DNA from: an uncultured virus (IMG/VR IMGVR_UViG_3300044612_003086)
Lineage: Duplodnaviria > Heunggongvirae > Uroviricota > Caudoviricetes
Length of the DNA: 64,000 nucleotides
Reading direction: 5' to 3' (one strand)
IMG/VR virus record: IMGVR_UViG_3300044612_003086
Coordinates: 1-64,000 of that record
A model generated the notes under the pieces. That model was given only the letters and a program-made list of their open reading frames with translations, was not told where the DNA came from and did no database searches. Of this stretch, positions 19,416 to 29,412 are shown piece after piece; within the stretch, counting starts at the first letter, position 1; each line of letters begins with the position of its first letter. The position numbers and the translations under genes are program-made.

Positions 19416-20042
19416 ATGATTACTGAACTAAACCCTGAACTACTGGAATACACCGAGACGCATGATGTATTCGGAACGATTATTCGTCACCCATTGGTGA
19501 TGTGGATAGGACCAGTAACAGACATTGACCTAATAAATAATCTTCTTGATAACAAGCGCAAGGCAACGGAAGAAGCACTAGATAAGTGTGAATGGTCACG
19601 ATTTATTTATTTGCATGAGCGTCCATATCGTTTTGATGCTTTACACTTTGTTCTCAACACTTTTGATGAAATTACTGATGATGAGTATTGGTCACTTGTT
19701 TCGGATGTATGGATAGACACGGAGAACGCTTGGCAGAATGTTGGTTCGTGGACAGAACTATTCGGAAGTGACCGTGCTTCACAACACTCGCTGATGAATG
19801 AAGAAGAACTGAAACTATTCGCATCGCTTGACGACACGCTGACAATTTATCGTGGATGCCGTAAGGATGTAAACGAAGAAGGTTTATCGTGGACGCTTGA
19901 CAGAAGTAGGGCGAAGTGGTTCGCTGACCGTCACGGTCACGATGATAGGACGTTGCTTACGAGAGAGATAAGCAAGAGTGAAGTAATCGCAGTGTTTACA
20001 CGCAGAGGCGAAGAAGAAGTAATCGTACTTCCGTATTACTAA
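19416..20042 (+). CDS. putative ADP-ribosyltransferase-fold protein (R-S-E type)
   Basis: LTIYRG, GLSWT and GEEEVIV in the expected order. Confidence 0.6.
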   Translation: MITELNPELLEYTETHDVFGTIIRHPLVMWIGPVTDIDLINNLLDNKRKATEEALDKCEWSRFIYLHERPYRFDALHFVLNTFDEITDDEYWSLVSDVWIDTENAWQNVGSWTELFGSDRASQHSLMNEEELKLFASLDDTLTIYRGCRKDVNEEGLSWTLDRSRAKWFADRHGHDDRTLLTREISKSEVIAVFTRRGEEEVIVLPYY

Positions 20043-20116
20043 CTAGATAAGTGTCCAGATAAATCTGCTCGTCATTTATTACCATTATTAGTACCTACTA
20101 CCGAAAAGGGGAAAAT

Positions 20117-20539
20117 ATGTTGGTAACAGATGTAATCGTGAGAAGCAGGGGAACAGCGTTCTCAATAGCGCACAAATTTCAGCAAGGCGAAAAAATTGCC
20201 TTTCGCCAAGAAGGCGACAAAGATGTATTTCTCGTAGATACCGTACTTGTTTCTAATGACGGCAATTCGGTTTATGTTGACGGCACTTGGCTTGATGCAG
20301 AGAACGATTATGAATTCGGTGGAGAGTGGGATAACGAATTTGATTCCCGTGATGCAATTTTTGTTTCGTTCGTAGAAGTAGTAAAGCGTGAGCCTCGCAA
20401 TTGGACGGAGTGCTTGCCTGCTGAATACAACAATGGCACTTACGCTTGGACGGAAGAAGTGGTCTGGGATGCAATTGCAGAATTTCACGGAGTAGATGTT
20501 TCCGAAATTGCTGACGGTGACCTTGCTTCTTATCTATGA
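20117..20539 (+). CDS. hypothetical protein
   Basis: 140 aa, AAGGGG RBS, promoter element at 20058-20085. Confidence 0.7.
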   Translation: MLVTDVIVRSRGTAFSIAHKFQQGEKIAFRQEGDKDVFLVDTVLVSNDGNSVYVDGTWLDAENDYEFGGEWDNEFDSRDAIFVSFVEVVKREPRNWTECLPAEYNNGTYAWTEEVVWDAIAEFHGVDVSEIADGDLASYL

Positions 20540-20558
20540 ACTAGATAAGTAATGAAAG

Positions 20559-20598
20559 ACCCACTTATCTAGTGAATAACTAGGTGAGTGGGTTTTTT
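20559..20598 (+). terminator. intrinsic terminator whose stem contains the 11-mer
   Basis: ACCCACTTATCTAGT-GAATA-ACTAGGTGAGTGGGT followed by a T-run. Confidence 0.7.
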
Positions 20599-20778
20599 CG
20601 TATGCGTAACTAACTAGATAAGTGCATTGAGTTGGTTACTGCTACCGCAGCCCCGCCTTTCGTCGGTTTTTATGACATTGACTTATCTAGTAAATAGAAA
20701 AGCCCCCATCAGTTCCTGCGAGGACCGATGGGGGCGATTCGTACTGGGTGGAAATCGGGGGAAATCACCCAGCGAGCT

Positions 20779-21705
20779 TTAGAGACGTATGTATCCAGTC
20801 TCTGCCGGCTGTGTAACTGGCTTGATTGCTGCAACTGTCGTGTTCGTAACACTCTCGCGACGCAGCTTCATTGAGTCACGCACCTGACGCTTCTGTTCGA
20901 GCACATCGACGAGAGCAGCGAGCGATGCGTTCATCTCGCCCTTGCTAGTCGGGGTGTACTGTCCGTAGAGGTTAAAGGTGCCGTCCGGCAAGGCTTCCTG
21001 GCTCGTAGTGAACTGCGAGAGGTCAAACCCGTAGCGAGTACTCCATTTCCAACGGAACGTAAAGAACTCCTCGTTAGCCTTTGCTCCACTGCGCAACAAG
21101 ACGCGAGAATTTGGGTGCTTGAGGACTTCGAGGAACAGCTCTTCAGTCTCGTTCATTGGGTACTTGATGACGTGATTCAGAGAGCCAGGCTTTGTTTTGG
21201 TTGCCTTCCCCATCCTGGTTGAGGTGACTGTCAACCCTGATTCGACAGCAGACTTGATGGTTTGCAGCTTCTCACGAATTTGCTTAACCTTGCGGCCACC
21301 AGGGATTGTCAGTGCTCCACCCGTGAAGCGTGCATAGTGCTCAATCTCGCCAGCCTCATTAGCGCGTGTGACGATTTCGATGCCTTTTGCAATGCTTCGC
21401 AGTGGGCCATTGCCACCACGCTTCTTTGACTTCTTGACGAGGAACCACTCATTCGGAGAATCGAGAAGTGTCATAATAACAACTTCGATGTTCGTCAATC
21501 GTGGGACTGCCTTGCTTGAGGTGCGACCAGTGGCCGACGATGGTGGTGCCATCTTTACTGGTAGTGGTGCCATCCCACTAATAACCTTTGCCATTTTGAC
21601 AATGGTTTGCTGGTCTACGTTAGAGGCACTCGATGTAAGTGTCTCAATGAGTTGTGCCTGTCCGGCACCGGACGGGGACTTACCCCGATGCTTTGTTGTC
21701 GCCAT
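20779..21705 (-). CDS. hypothetical basic protein
   Basis: 308 aa, AAGGAG RBS. Confidence 0.75.
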   Translation of the reverse strand: MATTKHRGKSPSGAGQAQLIETLTSSASNVDQQTIVKMAKVISGMAPLPVKMAPPSSATGRTSSKAVPRLTNIEVVIMTLLDSPNEWFLVKKSKKRGGNGPLRSIAKGIEIVTRANEAGEIEHYARFTGGALTIPGGRKVKQIREKLQTIKSAVESGLTVTSTRMGKATKTKPGSLNHVIKYPMNETEELFLEVLKHPNSRVLLRSGAKANEEFFTFRWKWSTRYGFDLSQFTTSQEALPDGTFNLYGQYTPTSKGEMNASLAALVDVLEQKRQVRDSMKLRRESVTNTTVAAIKPVTQPAETGYIRL

Positions 21706-21811
21706 GGTTGGCTCCTTCTAGTTACTTGTCTCAGGTGGCTTATTGCCACTTGGGGACAGACTAGGGCTTGCCAATACGAGTTCACAACCTCCAACAAAGA
21801 TTTTTTTTATG

Positions 21812-21840
21812 TTGCATGGTGGCGTAAAGATGACTAATAT
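21812..21840 (+). promoter_or_regulatory. sigmaA-type promoter
   Basis: TTGCAT-17-TAATAT upstream of the histone-like gene. Confidence 0.5.
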
Positions 21841-21898
21841 TGCCTCCGACCGATGTGAAGCGCTCACAAAGGCAAACAAACAACTAGGAGATAGCTAA

Positions 21899-22177
21899 AT
21901 GGCTACAAAGAAAAAAGCTGCACCAAAGAAAGCAGCAAAGAAAAAGCCGGCCAAGAAAACTGCAAAGAAAGCAGTAAAGAAAGCAGTAAAGAAGAAGCCA
22001 GCAAAGAAAGCCGTCAAGAAGGCAACCAAGAAGACAGCAAAGAAAGCAAAGACGGTCAAGAAGGCTGCCAAGAAGGCAGTTCGGATGCCAGCTCCTGCTC
22101 GCAAGAAGCTAAAGAAAGCTATTGCTAATAACTCATCAATTATCGACGGTCCAATCGTCGACAACGCGCAGAAGTAA
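21899..22177 (+). CDS. histone H1-like Lys/Ala-rich DNA-binding protein
   Basis: Repeated KKAAKK/KKPAKK; AGGAG RBS. Confidence 0.8.
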   Translation: MATKKKAAPKKAAKKKPAKKTAKKAVKKAVKKKPAKKAVKKATKKTAKKAKTVKKAAKKAVRMPAPARKKLKKAIANNSSIIDGPIVDNAQK

Positions 22178-22183
22178 TTACGC

Positions 22184-22489
22184 ATGTCTCGCCTGCGAAT
22201 AGAAAGAACAGAGATGTCTCAAATCGGTGAGCCCTCACAGCCTTCGTCAAAGGCGAAGACAAGCACAATCAGCTTCGACGAGTGGCTCCACATCGGTCTA
22301 GAAAATGACTGGTGTGGACCACCCGTATGCTCAATACATGACGGTATCCCAATGAGCGAAGCTGAAGAAGAGGAATTTCAGGAAGGTGACCCGTGTGTGC
22401 ACATCATTCGTTTGTACGAAGATGAAGAGCAAAAGAAGTTGGTAGAAGACTTCCACTCGCCATCCAATTGGCGTAAACCACTTATCTAG
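22184..22489 (+). CDS. hypothetical protein
   Basis: WCGPPVCSIHDGIP...DPCVHIIRLY; stop TAG inside an 11-mer. Confidence 0.7.
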   Translation: MSRLRIERTEMSQIGEPSQPSSKAKTSTISFDEWLHIGLENDWCGPPVCSIHDGIPMSEAEEEEFQEGDPCVHIIRLYEDEEQKKLVEDFHSPSNWRKPLI

Positions 22490-22666
22490 TTAAGTTCACC
22501 CACAGCACTTATAACGGCCACGACGAGGTGGTCTTTGGCTTGTTTTGGCTTCTGATACAGGAACAGCACGACGAGTGAAATTTGGTGCTTCTGTTTCCTG
22601 CTCTTGTTTTTTCTTTTTAGCCATACCCTATTTTCTCATAGGGAAGCAGCTCTATGGTGGAAGCGC

Positions 22667-22873
22667 CTAGAACAGGGCTATTTGGATACCACCAGTATCT
22701 TCTACTTGTTTGCAGTAGTTGTGCTTGTATTCGTGAAGCTCGTCAATAACTTCGGAAATTGTTGTCCCCTTGGCTTTAAGCCAAACAACAGCTTTACGTT
22801 CGCTAATCGAATCTTGTGGGCGCAACGGTAGACCACATACGCAACACGTGAACAACGGTGGGAGTGAAGCCAT
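22667..22873 (-). CDS. small Zn-finger-like protein
   Basis: CCVC...HNYC. Confidence 0.5.
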   Translation of the reverse strand: MASLPPLFTCCVCGLPLRPQDSISERKAVVWLKAKGTTISEVIDELHEYKHNYCKQVEDTGGIQIALF

Positions 22874-22879
22874 AATCTA

Positions 22880-23077
22880 TTACCACTTTCCTACTGGGCA
22901 TTCAGCCTCAATTAGTCTTGTTTTTAAATGCATGAAGCAACCACACACAGCGCACTGCTGCGTTTGGCGCAAGAATTCAGGGCATGCCTTGCAGATAGCG
23001 AAGCGCTCCTGTTGTTTCTTTTCGGTCGTGTAATTCTGTCGGCGCAGCAAGTGCCAGGGCATGTTTCGTCGTCTCAT
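22880..23077 (-). CDS. small Cys-rich protein (DUF6171-like)
   Basis: RFAICKACP...QCAVCGCFMHLKT...CPVGKW. Confidence 0.65.
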   Translation of the reverse strand: MRRRNMPWHLLRRQNYTTEKKQQERFAICKACPEFLRQTQQCAVCGCFMHLKTRLIEAECPVGKW

Positions 23078-23331
23078 AACTTAATCCCGACCACCCCGTG
23101 CCTTGCTATCAAATTTTAAAAATCCGTACAGAACTAGCAAGAGCAGCACGGAAACAATAACGCTGTTGGTATCCATGGACCCATGATAGCGATTTTCTCG
23201 CTTTTCATCAAGCTCACTGATAAACCTGCTTTCCTCGACTTAGGATTCACATCGCAGACCGGCAGGGCTCACACTCTCCTTTCGGTATCCAACACACGTG
23301 AGCCTTGTCGGTCCTCATTTTTATCTGTACA

Positions 23332-25269
23332 ATGTCCATCGTGAAGTTATTTTTAGACCACAACGAAATAATTCTTGATTTTCCATTTGATGCCGGCCAG
23401 GTTGAGGAAATAAAACGCATATCAGGTGCAAGGTGGGACAAGATTGGCCGTGTGTGGCGCTTACCAATTACGGCTATCAATGAAGGTCGTGAGTTTGCAT
23501 TGCGTCATAACTTTGAGGTCACTGTCGATGCTCTAAAGTTCTCCGTACCAATACCTGCTATAGGGCGCACCGGTGCTCGTGTGTATGTCGATAATGGTAT
23601 GGCGGTTATCCGTGTGCCTTATGAGCGAGTAATCATTAAGGCTATTAAACAAATACCTGGCATTACATGGGATAGCAAAATGCTTGCATGGAAAGCCCCC
23701 CTTACATCGATTACAAATATCATTACGTGGGCCAAATCTTTCGGCGTTACCGTAGACAATGAGCTAATGGACATGGCTGTACAAGTAGAGACAGAGATGA
23801 CTGAATTGATACAGGCATCACGCTCGGTAGACGCAGAGATACAGATACCTGAACTACAAGGCGCACTGCTGCCGTATCAGAAAGCTGGAGTTTCGTACGC
23901 TGCAAGAGCCCGTAGGACATTTATCGCTGACGACATGGGTCTCGGAAAGACACTGCAGGCGATGTCCACGCTCGAATACGTTCACGACAGTTACCCAGCA
24001 GTCGTTGTATGTCCACCAAGTCTCGTGCTTAACTGGGCGAGTGAATATTCGAAGTGGTATCCACATCGCAAGGTGGCCACTGTGACGAACCGTAAGTCAT
24101 TCCCTGACGCAGGCACATATGACGTTGTGGTAGTTGGATACAGCAATATCGCTACATGGGAGAAGCAACTATCCAAACATCGCTCGTACGTATGGGATGA
24201 AAGCCACTATCTAAAAACGCCCACCTCGCAGAGAACGAAAGCAGCAGTCAAGATAGCTCGTAGCGCACCAAAAGAAGGTCTCGTATTGTGTCTCACGGGA
24301 ACACCCGTAACGAACAGGCCGAACGAATACGCAAGCCAACTTGATGTACTGGGTCGCCTCAAGGACTTTGGTGGGTTGTGGGGTTTCTATCGACGCTATT
24401 GCGCTGCATACCAAGACAGTTTTGGTCAGTGGAATATCAGTGGACACTCACACCTAGACGAACTCAATGACAGGCTTCGTGGCACTTGCTACATACGCCG
24501 TACGAAAGACCAAGTGTTATCGGAGTTGCCACCCGTAGTCCATAGCAAATTGCTGGTAGAGGGCTCATCACAAGCGATGAAAGAATACAAGAAAGCAGAG
24601 AACGACATTATTCTCTACATCGCAGAGCGAGCCCGACAACTCGCCATAGAGCAGGGCAAGTCACAGCACGGCGCTGCCATATCAGCAATGATTAGGGCAG
24701 AAGCGAACGAACATTTAGTCCGTCTGTCGGTGCTTCGCCGTCTTGCTGCGAAAGCAAAGATGGAAGTCGCTCATGAGTGGATTACTGAACGTATAGAGGC
24801 CGGCCGTAAGGTCGTTGTCGCTGCACACCATCGAGACATCGTTGACGAAATCGCCCGTAAGTATGGAGACCTACGTATTCAGGGTGGAATGAAGGTTGAG
24901 GAAGTAGAGGAGAATAAACGCAAGTTTCAGCAGTTAACCGTAGATAAAGCACCCGTAATCGTGTTATCTATCCAGGCTGCCAAAACTGGACACACACTCA
25001 CTGCGTCAGAGGAGTGTTTATTCATAGAACTTCCGTGGACACCAGCAGACGTAGACCAGACATACTCACGCCTACATCGCATCGGACAACAAGGAAGCGT
25101 GACGGCAACTTATCTATTAACTAAAGACACCATTGATGAGGAGATTTATCAACTCATCGAGCGAAAGCGTTCGGTGGTAAATGCGTCAGTAGAAGGTGGG
25201 GAGTTCGCTAACGAGGATAGTGCCGTGCAACTTATTCTGAATTTACTCGGTAAAGCAGAACAGAACTAA
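23332..25269 (+). CDS. SNF2-family helicase with N-terminal HARP-like repeats
   Basis: ADDMGLGKT, DESH, LTGTP, Q-x-x-SRLHRIGQ; two N-terminal (A/T)-x-WD...W-x-x-P repeats. Confidence 0.92.
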   Translation: MSIVKLFLDHNEIILDFPFDAGQVEEIKRISGARWDKIGRVWRLPITAINEGREFALRHNFEVTVDALKFSVPIPAIGRTGARVYVDNGMAVIRVPYERVIIKAIKQIPGITWDSKMLAWKAPLTSITNIITWAKSFGVTVDNELMDMAVQVETEMTELIQASRSVDAEIQIPELQGALLPYQKAGVSYAARARRTFIADDMGLGKTLQAMSTLEYVHDSYPAVVVCPPSLVLNWASEYSKWYPHRKVATVTNRKSFPDAGTYDVVVVGYSNIATWEKQLSKHRSYVWDESHYLKTPTSQRTKAAVKIARSAPKEGLVLCLTGTPVTNRPNEYASQLDVLGRLKDFGGLWGFYRRYCAAYQDSFGQWNISGHSHLDELNDRLRGTCYIRRTKDQVLSELPPVVHSKLLVEGSSQAMKEYKKAENDIILYIAERARQLAIEQGKSQHGAAISAMIRAEANEHLVRLSVLRRLAAKAKMEVAHEWITERIEAGRKVVVAAHHRDIVDEIARKYGDLRIQGGMKVEEVEENKRKFQQLTVDKAPVIVLSIQAAKTGHTLTASEECLFIELPWTPADVDQTYSRLHRIGQQGSVTATYLLTKDTIDEEIYQLIERKRSVVNASVEGGEFANEDSAVQLILNLLGKAEQN

Positions 25270-25733
25270 TCGGTTTCGGAACTTGTTTCCGACTTACCCG
25301 TGGCACCCTGGGTGCGACCGTAAAATATTTCCTCTGCAATTAGTTTGGAATATTTCTTACGCAAGCGCCATATTTTCTTGTTCATTTCAGTCATCTCTTG
25401 GCTCATTCGAGCTTTGATTATTGCTTTGTCGTCATACACGCCGTGCCCATTAAATAGTGCGTCATGGATATCTGCGTCCTCAATGATGATGTCTGATATC
25501 CAACCGGCACGTTTGTCTATTGCCATCATTAATTCACACAAACCCTCTACGCCGAATTCATCGTGAATTCGATTTGCGATTATTGAGCAGAAGTGTGAAC
25601 GATACATATTTCTCGCTTTCTGCGAGTTAGACATGAACTCGGATATGAACAGCGCAAGTTCTTCCTTTGTCGGCATTTCTTCGCCATCATCACCGGCAAA
25701 TTCGTAAAAATCGTCTGCGCCGTCGTTATTCAT
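25266..25733 (-). CDS. hypothetical protein
   Basis: 155 aa, GAGG RBS. Confidence 0.7.
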   Translation of the reverse strand: MNNDGADDFYEFAGDDGEEMPTKEELALFISEFMSNSQKARNMYRSHFCSIIANRIHDEFGVEGLCELMMAIDKRAGWISDIIIEDADIHDALFNGHGVYDDKAIIKARMSQEMTEMNKKIWRLRKKYSKLIAEEIFYGRTQGATGKSETSSETD

Positions 25734-25781
25734 CTTGCCTCACTTTTCTATGGGCTTGACTAATAATACCCGTACTAGAAG

Positions 25782-26807
25782 TCAGACATTTGTTAATAGA
25801 TAAGTTTGAGTTTTTAGTTTTGTTCTCGTCACCCATGAGTTGTTGTCCATGGACGCGAGCGCGCGTTCATCGCGAGAAGCATCTCGGTAGTGGTCGAGAT
25901 ATTCGCCGATGGCGTTATAGATTGACCAGCCGTTGTACCCGTAGTTCTTTGCGTTGTTTTCGTTTTCATAAATAGCGCGAACTAGCGACAACACGTCATC
26001 ACGGTTCTTTCTCTGACGCTCTGTGCTATTTGGCTCTATCGGAAATGCTGTATTTAGGACTTTGTCAAGAACTTGTGTGCGTGCTGGAACTTTCACTGCC
26101 AGTAGTCGTTCGGCAGTAGCAGCAAAGTTGTTTGCCCATTCATTAGATATCGCAAGAACTTCATTCGCTTGCTCTATCGCTCTGTCTGCATTACGAGTGT
26201 GACGAGCAGTAAATACCCGTCGAGCGCTTTCTATGCCAAGCGTTACGGTATTTTGACATACGGCACGAATAGAAGTGTTGGCGAATGTAATTGCCGTCTT
26301 TCCATCGTGTCCATTGCGAACAAGTAAGTAGCGCGCTATTTGGTCATTCACGCCAGCAGGGTCTACGACTATCGCGCCCAAGTCAAGTGAAGCAAAGAAA
26401 CCTTTTCCATCGTGTAGAACACCGGCGGTATCTACAACTGCGTCTCCTTCGGAAGCACCCACGATGCTTAGCGCATAATCCAAACACTCTTTATTCTGCT
26501 GAACTACATAACGCGTTCCAACGGTGGCCAAACCGGTGAATGTGCCGTCAATGTTGACCCGTACGGTTGCACGACTGTCCGGCACGAGAATAGTTGTGCC
26601 ATCAGGGTTCCGTAGTGGTTCGCCATTGTCATCGCAAATTGCCACCCGTGTTGTGACTACATCGAAGTTCGCCTGTGAAGCTTCGAGCATTGCCTCTGCC
26701 GTTTGTAGCCCCTTCATTGGCGTTCCAAGCCTGTGCCACGGGATTTCTCTGTCGGCGTATGCCATTCTCGCTGTGCCGTCTTTATTGATTTCTAGTCCGT
26801 GTGCCAT
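25782..26807 (-). CDS. DUF932 / TIGR03299-like phage-plasmid protein
   Basis: MAHGLE...PWHRLG...YVVQQN...NGHDG...IRAVCQNT...ARHT. Confidence 0.85.
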   Translation of the reverse strand: MAHGLEINKDGTARMAYADREIPWHRLGTPMKGLQTAEAMLEASQANFDVVTTRVAICDDNGEPLRNPDGTTILVPDSRATVRVNIDGTFTGLATVGTRYVVQQNKECLDYALSIVGASEGDAVVDTAGVLHDGKGFFASLDLGAIVVDPAGVNDQIARYLLVRNGHDGKTAITFANTSIRAVCQNTVTLGIESARRVFTARHTRNADRAIEQANEVLAISNEWANNFAATAERLLAVKVPARTQVLDKVLNTAFPIEPNSTERQRKNRDDVLSLVRAIYENENNAKNYGYNGWSIYNAIGEYLDHYRDASRDERALASMDNNSWVTRTKLKTQTYLLTNV

Positions 26808-27012
26808 TTCGTGTCTTTCCTTCTCTCTCTTTTAGATAAATCTAACCGAGTATTGCCTGGTTCATTGTACACCGGGGCTCCAGAGGCAGGGGCAGTGGTT
26901 GGGGTTCGGTCTGTGGCGAGGGCGCACGGGTGGGTCGGCAGAAAGTCGGATAATTCTGCTCGTCAATGGTTATGATTTATTCAGGAACTAACGCTCGTGA
27001 AAGGGGCAACTA

Positions 27013-27291
27013 ATGAAGTTACTAGATAAGTGCGAAAACTGGTGTCAGGAACATTATCTCGGAACGATGAAGGCTCTGCTCGGCATTATCTCTGCCGTGC
27101 CGACTATCGGACTGTTCGGAGTGGTTCAGGCGTACTACAACAGCAACATCGGCGACCTGCTGACCTGTTTGTTCATCGTGGTAGGTGGAACGGTGATTAC
27201 CACCCTATTCGCTCTGACCGTGTACAACGAACATCAAGACGAACGCTACGGCTCTATTCGCCGTCACCCAGTCACGAAGCGAGTGCGCTAA
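27013..27291 (+). CDS. hypothetical membrane protein
   Basis: Two TM segments; AAGGGG RBS; promoter element at 26949-26976. Confidence 0.7.
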   Translation: MKLLDKCENWCQEHYLGTMKALLGIISAVPTIGLFGVVQAYYNSNIGDLLTCLFIVVGGTVITTLFALTVYNEHQDERYGSIRRHPVTKRVR

Positions 27292-27992
27292 TGACTACGA
27301 CAGCACTGGACACCCGTAGCGTGTTAGCAGAAATGCTAACAGAAAACACTGGAACGCACATCTTGGACAGTGGTGGCGCATACGGCAGGAACTGGGAACG
27401 AAACAATGGCAAGACGCTTGCCGATTTTGAGAACGAACCGACTGCGTGGGCTGACGGTTATGGCGTAGTGCTTTCAGTTTTTCACTTTCTTGCGAACCGT
27501 GTGGAGTTTCTGCCGAGTATCCAAGCCGAGTTAGATGATTTGGCACGGTGTATGCCTGATGAGGGCTGGTTGGCTATCGCCGAGACACTGGCTGAACGCT
27601 ACGACCCTAAGCCTCGTACTTGGAACACTTACAACGGCGAGGACAGTCTTTCGCAAACACTACAAGGCGTATCGTTCACCCGTAATGACGGTGAGACTGT
27701 GAGCCTTATTCAGATACACGGGGGCTGTGATGTTCGTGGTGGATACACGAAGCCTCGTGCTTTCCGTGTGACGGTGGAAATGGCTGACTGTTTCCCATAC
27801 GACCACAACTCTTATGAGTTGGAGTGTCCGACTGATAACGAACACTCTCTCTCGTATTTGGGTGAGTACATCGGTTGGCACGGGTCAAGCATTGACGCTG
27901 ATGAGTATCCGACATACGACAGCGAGAAGCGAACAGCGAACTGTGTGAAGTGTGGTTCGCCATTCATCGTTCACGCCTCTGAACCGTACTAG
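27291..27992 (+). CDS. hypothetical protein
   Basis: TAATG coupling; MLTENTGTHILDSGGAYGRNW, IHGGCDVRGGYT; stop inside the 11-mer. Confidence 0.75.
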   Translation: MTTTALDTRSVLAEMLTENTGTHILDSGGAYGRNWERNNGKTLADFENEPTAWADGYGVVLSVFHFLANRVEFLPSIQAELDDLARCMPDEGWLAIAETLAERYDPKPRTWNTYNGEDSLSQTLQGVSFTRNDGETVSLIQIHGGCDVRGGYTKPRAFRVTVEMADCFPYDHNSYELECPTDNEHSLSYLGEYIGWHGSSIDADEYPTYDSEKRTANCVKCGSPFIVHASEPY

Positions 27993-28225
27993 ATAAGTCT
28001 CAACGGTCACCCGTAGCCTCTGCGCTCTTATCCCCAACCCCCTTTCATCAAGGGCGTAGGGGTTACGGGGTTTCACTTATCTAGTGAGCATTACTCTGCT
28101 ACGGCGAGACTATGACTTACTAGATAAGTGTTCATCACAAGTGAGGGCAAAGTGCGAAGCACTGCGCCAGCCGGGGCTCCGAGCGTTTGAGTGTGGTTTG
28201 TGTTGTAACTAGATAAGATGATGAG

Positions 28226-28558
28226 ATGAACGAGAACACCTATCGAACAGCAAAGACAATTCTCATCGCTATCGCAATAACACTTGCGTCAGTATTCGCA
28301 TTTGGGTATTTGGAAAGACAGCAAGCAAGAGACAGTGAGTTCTTTTGTGATGGCACACCAGTCACTATCAAAGAAGGCGACACTCTCTATTGGATAGCCC
28401 GAACAAAGTGTGAAGGCAACACTATGGAAGTGGTGGACAGACTTGTCGCCCTGTACGGCACGACATTGACTATCGGTGACACCATCTATCTGCCGACACA
28501 CAACTCCTGTGAGTTGCGTATGACAGACGGTGGTCAAGTAATGGAAGAGTGTGCGTGA
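28226..28558 (+). CDS. membrane-anchored LysM domain protein (paralog of 13535-13834)
   Basis: TM segment then VTIKEGDTLYWIA...LTIGDTIYLP. Confidence 0.8.
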   Translation: MNENTYRTAKTILIAIAITLASVFAFGYLERQQARDSEFFCDGTPVTIKEGDTLYWIARTKCEGNTMEVVDRLVALYGTTLTIGDTIYLPTHNSCELRMTDGGQVMEECA

Positions 28559-28567
28559 TGAACTTAT

Positions 28568-28771
28568 CTAGTTCAGTATCTGTCCAACACTGACAACGAA
28601 AACTTCTCCACAGTAAAGCACACGGGCGTACTGTTTATCTGTGTCGTGGTATGAGATGAACTCTGCTTCCACAGCACCCGTAGTCATTCGGCGTGCCTTG
28701 TCTGAAACGATGTGACCGAACGACACTGGTATCAACAGCGTCTGACCTACGGTAAGTCCTTTGGTAATCAC
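28568..28771 (-). CDS. hypothetical protein
   Basis: 67 aa; start overlaps upstream stop; stop inside the 11-mer. Confidence 0.5.
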   Translation of the reverse strand: MITKGLTVGQTLLIPVSFGHIVSDKARRMTTGAVEAEFISYHDTDKQYARVLYCGEVFVVSVGQILN

Positions 28772-28956
28772 TAGATGCCGTATGTTCCGAGTTGAGTGCG
28801 CTCTGCTTGGCGCAAGACTTCGTAGATTTCGGAAACATGCGCTTCCGTGTGTTCATCATCAGCGAACAACCTGACTATCTGTAAGACACACTCCAAGCGA
28901 GCAACCTGCTGTGCCGTAAGTGTGATAGTGAGTTCTGCGTTTCGTGCTATTCCCAT
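28771..28956 (-). CDS. hypothetical protein
   Basis: AAGGGG RBS; promoter element at 28978-29005. Confidence 0.6.
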   Translation of the reverse strand: MGIARNAELTITLTAQQVARLECVLQIVRLFADDEHTEAHVSEIYEVLRQAERTQLGTYGI

Positions 28957-29004
28957 TGTGTTCCCCTTTCGGTATTGACCTTAGGGTAGGGCGAGCAGAC
29001 TTAT

Positions 29005-29412
29005 CTATTTACTATCTGTGACATCACGCCACTGACCATCAACGACCACCTGATAGTGCGCCCCCGACACTGGCACGAGTTCGCCATTAGCATTGCGTTC
29101 ATACTTGCCGAAGTTCTCAGTGGAACGCCATGCCCACTCACAGCACGGTGTTTCACTATCGCAGGGGTGTGTCCCCTTACCTATCGTCTCTGCCAATGCT
29201 GGGAACAGAGTAAGGAACTTCACTATGCAGTCGTGACACAGTATCCAACTACGGCTACGGCGATTACTAAACAGTACATCTACCTCATCAGTGAAGCCAC
29301 CATAGTAACCAAATAGGTCAAATGGTAAATCCCAACCGTTACTAGGTAGGTGCTTTTGTTCATCGCACTGGACATCGTAGTCACAACCTGAACAGCGAAC
29401 ATGGTTACTCAT
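29005..29412 (-). CDS. hypothetical Cys-rich protein
   Basis: CSGC...CHDC; promoter element at 29422-29449. Confidence 0.65.
   Translation of the reverse strand: MSNHVRCSGCDYDVQCDEQKHLPSNGWDLPFDLFGYYGGFTDEVDVLFSNRRSRSWILCHDCIVKFLTLFPALAETIGKGTHPCDSETPCCEWAWRSTENFGKYERNANGELVPVSGAHYQVVVDGQWRDVTDSK

Noticed and set aside
21895..22185. Phe/Ala-rich membrane-looking antisense ORFs (also 48079-48456)
   Set aside because: They are reverse complements of the Lys/Ala-rich histone-like genes.
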